Assembly (NCBI GenBank): GCA_021787175.1
Contig: JAJYMF010000376.1
Location: 1-34,573, forward strand
DNA from: Pseudomonadota bacterium
Lineage (GTDB): Bacteria; Pseudomonadota; Gammaproteobacteria; Xanthomonadales; Rhodanobacteraceae
Direction of reading: 5' to 3'
Length of the DNA: 34,573 nucleotides
Under the pieces are notes generated by a model. It saw nothing but the letters and a program-made list of their open reading frames with translations. It did no database searches and was not told where the DNA came from. Positions 31,072 through 34,573 of the stretch are shown one piece after another. Position 1 is the stretch's first letter, and the number at the start of each line of letters is the position of its first letter. The position numbers and the translations under genes are program-made.

Positions 31072-32001
31072 ATGCCCGATTCAGCTGCGTTGCTCGAACT
31101 CGCCGCGGTCAGCCGCCGCCTCGCCGGACGCAACGTGGTCGCCGGCCTGTCGCTGACGCTGGCACCCGGCGAGATCCTCGGCCTGCTCGGCGTCAACGGC
31201 GCCGGCAAGTCCACCACCCAGGCGATGATCGCCGGCGCGCTGGCGCCCAGCGCGGGCACGGTGCGCGTGCAGGGCCGCGATCTCGCCGCGGCGCCGGACG
31301 TGGCGCGGCGCGCGATCGGCTGGCTGCCGGAACGCGCGCCGCTGTGGCCGGAACTGACCGTGCGCGAACACCTCGACGCCTGCGGACATCTGCGTGGCCT
31401 GCGCGGACCGGCCCTGGCCGCGGCACGGGCGCGCGTGCTCGAGCGCCTCGATCTGGGCGCGCTGTCGCCGCGGCTGGCCGGCGTGCTCTCGCTCGGCCAG
31501 CGCCAGCGTCTGGGCCTGGCCTGCGCGCTGCTGCACGCGCCGCCGCTGCTGGTGCTGGACGAGCCCGCCAACGGCCTCGATCCGCTGCAGGCCGACGCCC
31601 TGCGCACGCTGCTGCGCGAGCAGGCCGCGGCCGGCACCGCGATCGTGCTGTCCACCCACGTGCTGACCGAGGTGACCGCGGTGTGCAGCCGGGTCGCCAT
31701 CCTGCACGAGGGTCGCCTGCGGCACGACGCGCCGCTCGCGGCGGCGGGCGACGGACTGCGTGTGACCCTGGCCGCGCCGGTGGAGCTGACGCGCATCACC
31801 GCGCTGGCGCCGGTGGCGCGCGCGGAAAGCGAGAACGCCCGCCATGTGCGCGTGACCCTGCGCGAGGGCGCCGACGCCGCGACGCTGGCGCGCGCGCTGG
31901 TCGGCGCCGGATTGCCGCTGGCCGGGCTCGAGCCCGCGGCGCCGCCGCTGGAGCGCATCTTCTTCGCCATCGCCACGCGCCGCACGGAGGCCGCCGCTTG
32001 A
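31072..32001 (+). CDS. ABC transporter ATP-binding protein (GldA-like)
   Basis: Walker A GVNGAGKS, signature LSLGQRQR, Walker B LVLDEP and H-loop STH. Confidence 0.92.
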   Translation: MPDSAALLELAAVSRRLAGRNVVAGLSLTLAPGEILGLLGVNGAGKSTTQAMIAGALAPSAGTVRVQGRDLAAAPDVARRAIGWLPERAPLWPELTVREHLDACGHLRGLRGPALAAARARVLERLDLGALSPRLAGVLSLGQRQRLGLACALLHAPPLLVLDEPANGLDPLQADALRTLLREQAAAGTAIVLSTHVLTEVTAVCSRVAILHEGRLRHDAPLAAAGDGLRVTLAAPVELTRITALAPVARAESENARHVRVTLREGADAATLARALVGAGLPLAGLEPAAPPLERIFFAIATRRTEAAA

Positions 32002-32753
32002 GCACTCTCGCAGTGATGCGCGTGGAGCTGCGCCGCCTCGGCGTGCGCCCGTTCGCCTGGACGCTGGCCGCGCTGAGCGTCGCCTGGCTGGCGTGGAACT
32101 TCCTGATTGCGGTCGCCGGCTTTCTCAAGGTGCAGACGCGGCTGGCCGCGCTGCCGGAGGGACCGGGCTTCACCGACATCGTCGCGGTGCCGCTGCTGGC
32201 GCAACTGGCGCAGCTGGCGATCCTGCTGGCGCCGCTGCTGACGATGTCGATGCTGGCCGGCGAGCGCCGCGCCGGCACGCTGCCGCTGCTGCGTGCGGCC
32301 GGGCTGTCGCCGCGCGCGATCGTGCTCGGCAAGTATTTTGCCGCGCTGGCGTGGATGCTGCTGCTGCTGATCGCGGTCGCGGCGATGCCGGCGAGCCTGG
32401 CCGGCACCACCACGCTGGACTGGGGCAAGCTGGCCGCGGCCCTGCTGGGCATGGCGCTGGCGCTGGGCGCGCTGACCGCGCTGGGCCTGGCCTGCTCGGC
32501 CTACGCCTCGCATCCGGCGCTGGCCGCGGGCGCTGCACTGGCACTGACCCTGGCGCTGTGGGCGGCCAGCCTGGGCGGCAGCGCCGCGCGGATGGCCGGC
32601 CCGCTAGCGGGCTATCTGGCGCTGCCGGGACATCTGGAAACGCTGATGCGCGGTCTGGTCGCCAGTGACGACGTTCTCTATTTCCTGCTGCTGATCGCGC
32701 TGGCGCTGGCGCTGGCGGTGCGGCGCGTCGCCGCCGACCGGGAGCGCGGCTGA
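31998..32753 (+). CDS. ABC-2 type permease (GldF-like)
   Basis: TTG start overlapping the ATPase stop, after GGAGG. PLLTMSMLAGERRAGTLPLL, IVLGKY, about 6 TM segments. Confidence 0.88.
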   Translation: MSTLAVMRVELRRLGVRPFAWTLAALSVAWLAWNFLIAVAGFLKVQTRLAALPEGPGFTDIVAVPLLAQLAQLAILLAPLLTMSMLAGERRAGTLPLLRAAGLSPRAIVLGKYFAALAWMLLLLIAVAAMPASLAGTTTLDWGKLAAALLGMALALGALTALGLACSAYASHPALAAGAALALTLALWAASLGGSAARMAGPLAGYLALPGHLETLMRGLVASDDVLYFLLLIALALALAVRRVAADRERG

Positions 32754-34090
32754 TGCGCGAGCGTCTGGACGCCTGGCTGTTCGCCCTGCTGCTGTTCGCG
32801 GGCGCCGGCTGCATCGCCTTCCTGTCCACCCGCTACGGCGTGGCCTACGACTGGACCGCGCACGCGCGCGCCAGCCTCAGCCGCGAAAGCCGCGACGTGC
32901 TGAAGTCGCTCAAGGGACCGGTCGCGATCACCAGCTATGCCAGCCCCGGCACCGGCCTGCGCGGCACGATCAGCGCCTTCGTCGCGCGCTATCAGCGCTT
33001 CAAGCCGGACCTGACGCTGCGCTTCGTCGATCCGGCGACCGACCCGGCCGGCCTGCGCGCGCGCGGCATCCGCGTCGACGGCGAGCTGGTGGTCCGCTAC
33101 GCCGGCCGCGAGCAGCACCTGGACGAACTCAGCGAGCGCAGCCTCACCGACGCGCTGGCGCGACTGGGCCGCGGCGGCGACCGCGTGGTGGCGTTCGTCA
33201 GCGGCGACGGCGAGCGGCGGCCCGACGGCCACGCCAACGCCGATCTCGGCCTGTTCATGACCGAACTCGCAGCGCGCGGCATCCGCGCGCTGCCGCTCGA
33301 CCTCGACCGCAGCGGCGCGGTGCCGGGCCACACCGATCTGGTCGTGCTGGCCAGCCCACAGGCGCAGCTGGCGCCGCAGGCGGTGCAGGCGCTGCGGCGC
33401 TACGTCGACGACGGCGGCAACCTGCTGTGGCTGACCGAGCCGGACAGCACCGGCCTGGGTCTGTCGCCGCTGGCGCAGACGCTGGGCGTGCAGACGCTTC
33501 CGGGGACCCTGGTCGATCCGCGCGACGCGGCGGCGGGTTTGCCGGACGCGCGCATGCAGGTGGTGACCGCCTACCCGACGCAGACGATCACCCGCGGCTT
33601 CGCCCTGACCACGCTGTTTCCGCACGCTGCGGCCCTGGCGCACCGCGCCGGCAGCGGCTGGGCCGTGCGGCCGATCCTGCGCTCGGCCGCGGCCAGCTAC
33701 ACCGCGCGCCACGCCGACGCCGGCGCGGCACCGCCGTTCGATGCCGGCACCGGCGGCCTGCGCGGACCGCTCGATTTCGGCTACGCGCTGACCCGGCTCT
33801 CGCCCAGCCCGGCGAAGAACCAGCAGCGCGTGGTCGTGATCGGCGATGGCGATTTTCTTTCCAACAGCTTCCTCGGCAACGGCGGCAACCGCGCCTTCGG
33901 CGAGCGCGTATTCAACTGGCTGCTGGGCGATGACGCGCTGGTGGCGATGCCGGCGCGCGGCGCGCCCGATCGCCATCTGGCGCTGGGCCAGCGCGGACTC
34001 GACGCGCTCGCGCTGATCTTCCTGATCGCCCTGCCGCTGGTGCTGGCGGGCTTCGGCGCGGCCCTGGCCTGGCGCCGGCGGCGGCGCTGA
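32753..34090 (+). CDS. GldG-family ABC auxiliary/periplasmic component
   Basis: TM-DWT...SLS, FVDPATDP, GDGER, YVDDGGNLL, RVVVIGDGDFLSNSFLGNGGN, FNWL and a C-terminal TM ending WRRRRR. TGATG coupling. Confidence 0.88.
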   Translation: MRERLDAWLFALLLFAGAGCIAFLSTRYGVAYDWTAHARASLSRESRDVLKSLKGPVAITSYASPGTGLRGTISAFVARYQRFKPDLTLRFVDPATDPAGLRARGIRVDGELVVRYAGREQHLDELSERSLTDALARLGRGGDRVVAFVSGDGERRPDGHANADLGLFMTELAARGIRALPLDLDRSGAVPGHTDLVVLASPQAQLAPQAVQALRRYVDDGGNLLWLTEPDSTGLGLSPLAQTLGVQTLPGTLVDPRDAAAGLPDARMQVVTAYPTQTITRGFALTTLFPHAAALAHRAGSGWAVRPILRSAAASYTARHADAGAAPPFDAGTGGLRGPLDFGYALTRLSPSPAKNQQRVVVIGDGDFLSNSFLGNGGNRAFGERVFNWLLGDDALVAMPARGAPDRHLALGQRGLDALALIFLIALPLVLAGFGAALAWRRRRR

Positions 34091-34573
34091 TGCGGCGGCC
34101 GGCACGCCGCCTGCTGCTGGCCGGCGCGGTCGCGCTGCTGGCGGTGCTGGTGCTGCTGCAGCTGCGTCACGAACGCGCGCAGCAACCCGGCCCGCTGCTG
34201 GCGCTGGATCCCGCGGCGGTCACCCGCATCGCGGTGCAGGTCAGCGGCGGCCCGCTGCGCCGCTTCGTCAGGCGCGACGGTATGTGGTGGATGCTGGCGC
34301 CGCAGAAAGGTCGCGCCGATGCCGCGCATCTGGCCGACCTTGCCGCCATCGCCGCCGCGCCGGTCGCACTCTGGCTGCCGGCCGGCAGTTTCGATCCGCA
34401 CCAGCTCGGCCTCGACCCGCCGGCGGCGACGCTGACCCTGGACGGCACGCGGCTGGCCTTCGGCACCCTCGCCGCGCTGCAGCCGCTGCGCTACATCGAG
34501 GTCGACGGCCGCGTCGCGCTGGTGCCGGATCGCTACGCGCCGTTCCTGTCGATGGCGCCGCAGCTGGAAGATC
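34090..34573 (+). CDS. DUF4340-like protein, 3'-truncated (not in the ORF track)
   Basis: ATG overlaps the gldG-like stop. N-terminal TM, then WWMLAP, LGLDPP, LAFG and LRYIEVDG. Open to the window end. Confidence 0.75.
   Translation, partial: MRRPARRLLLAGAVALLAVLVLLQLRHERAQQPGPLLALDPAAVTRIAVQVSGGPLRRFVRRDGMWWMLAPQKGRADAAHLADLAAIAAAPVALWLPAGSFDPHQLGLDPPAATLTLDGTRLAFGTLAALQPLRYIEVDGRVALVPDRYAPFLSMAPQLED

Overview
High-GC, mostly housekeeping chromosomal segment. Gene content and protein style suggest a Xanthomonadales/Rhodanobacteraceae-like gammaproteobacterium (inference). About 29 CDS can be supported: a PAS-LOV-GGDEF-EAL signalling protein (5'-truncated), rmuC, a small secreted protein, an RlmI-like methyltransferase, a membrane protein, srkA, a hotdog thioesterase, a 2Fe-2S/FAD reductase, a TviB-like dehydrogenase, an amino acid permease, cca, a TlpA-family reductase, an NDUFA9-like SDR, a quinone oxidoreductase, an Slt70-like transglycosylase, a TauE/SafE protein, an NdvC-like GH17, a small membrane protein, a Cys-rich TonB-dependent receptor, an SNF2 helicase, gpsA, secB, rpmB, rpmG, desA, and a GldA/F/G-DUF4340 ABC module (3'-truncated). 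I found no tRNA, rRNA, transposase, integrase, cas gene or CRISPR array. I cannot support a clearly new multi-gene system. The most unexplained signals are non-coding: three copies of a ~155-bp REP-cored element whose conservation extends beyond the REP ends, a composite tandem/inverted repeat cluster after rpmG, a ~170-nt four-hairpin leader before rpmB, and four probable leaderless genes. The LOV-type c-di-GMP enzyme and the TauE-GH17-small protein-TBDR neighbourhood are the most interesting coding features.
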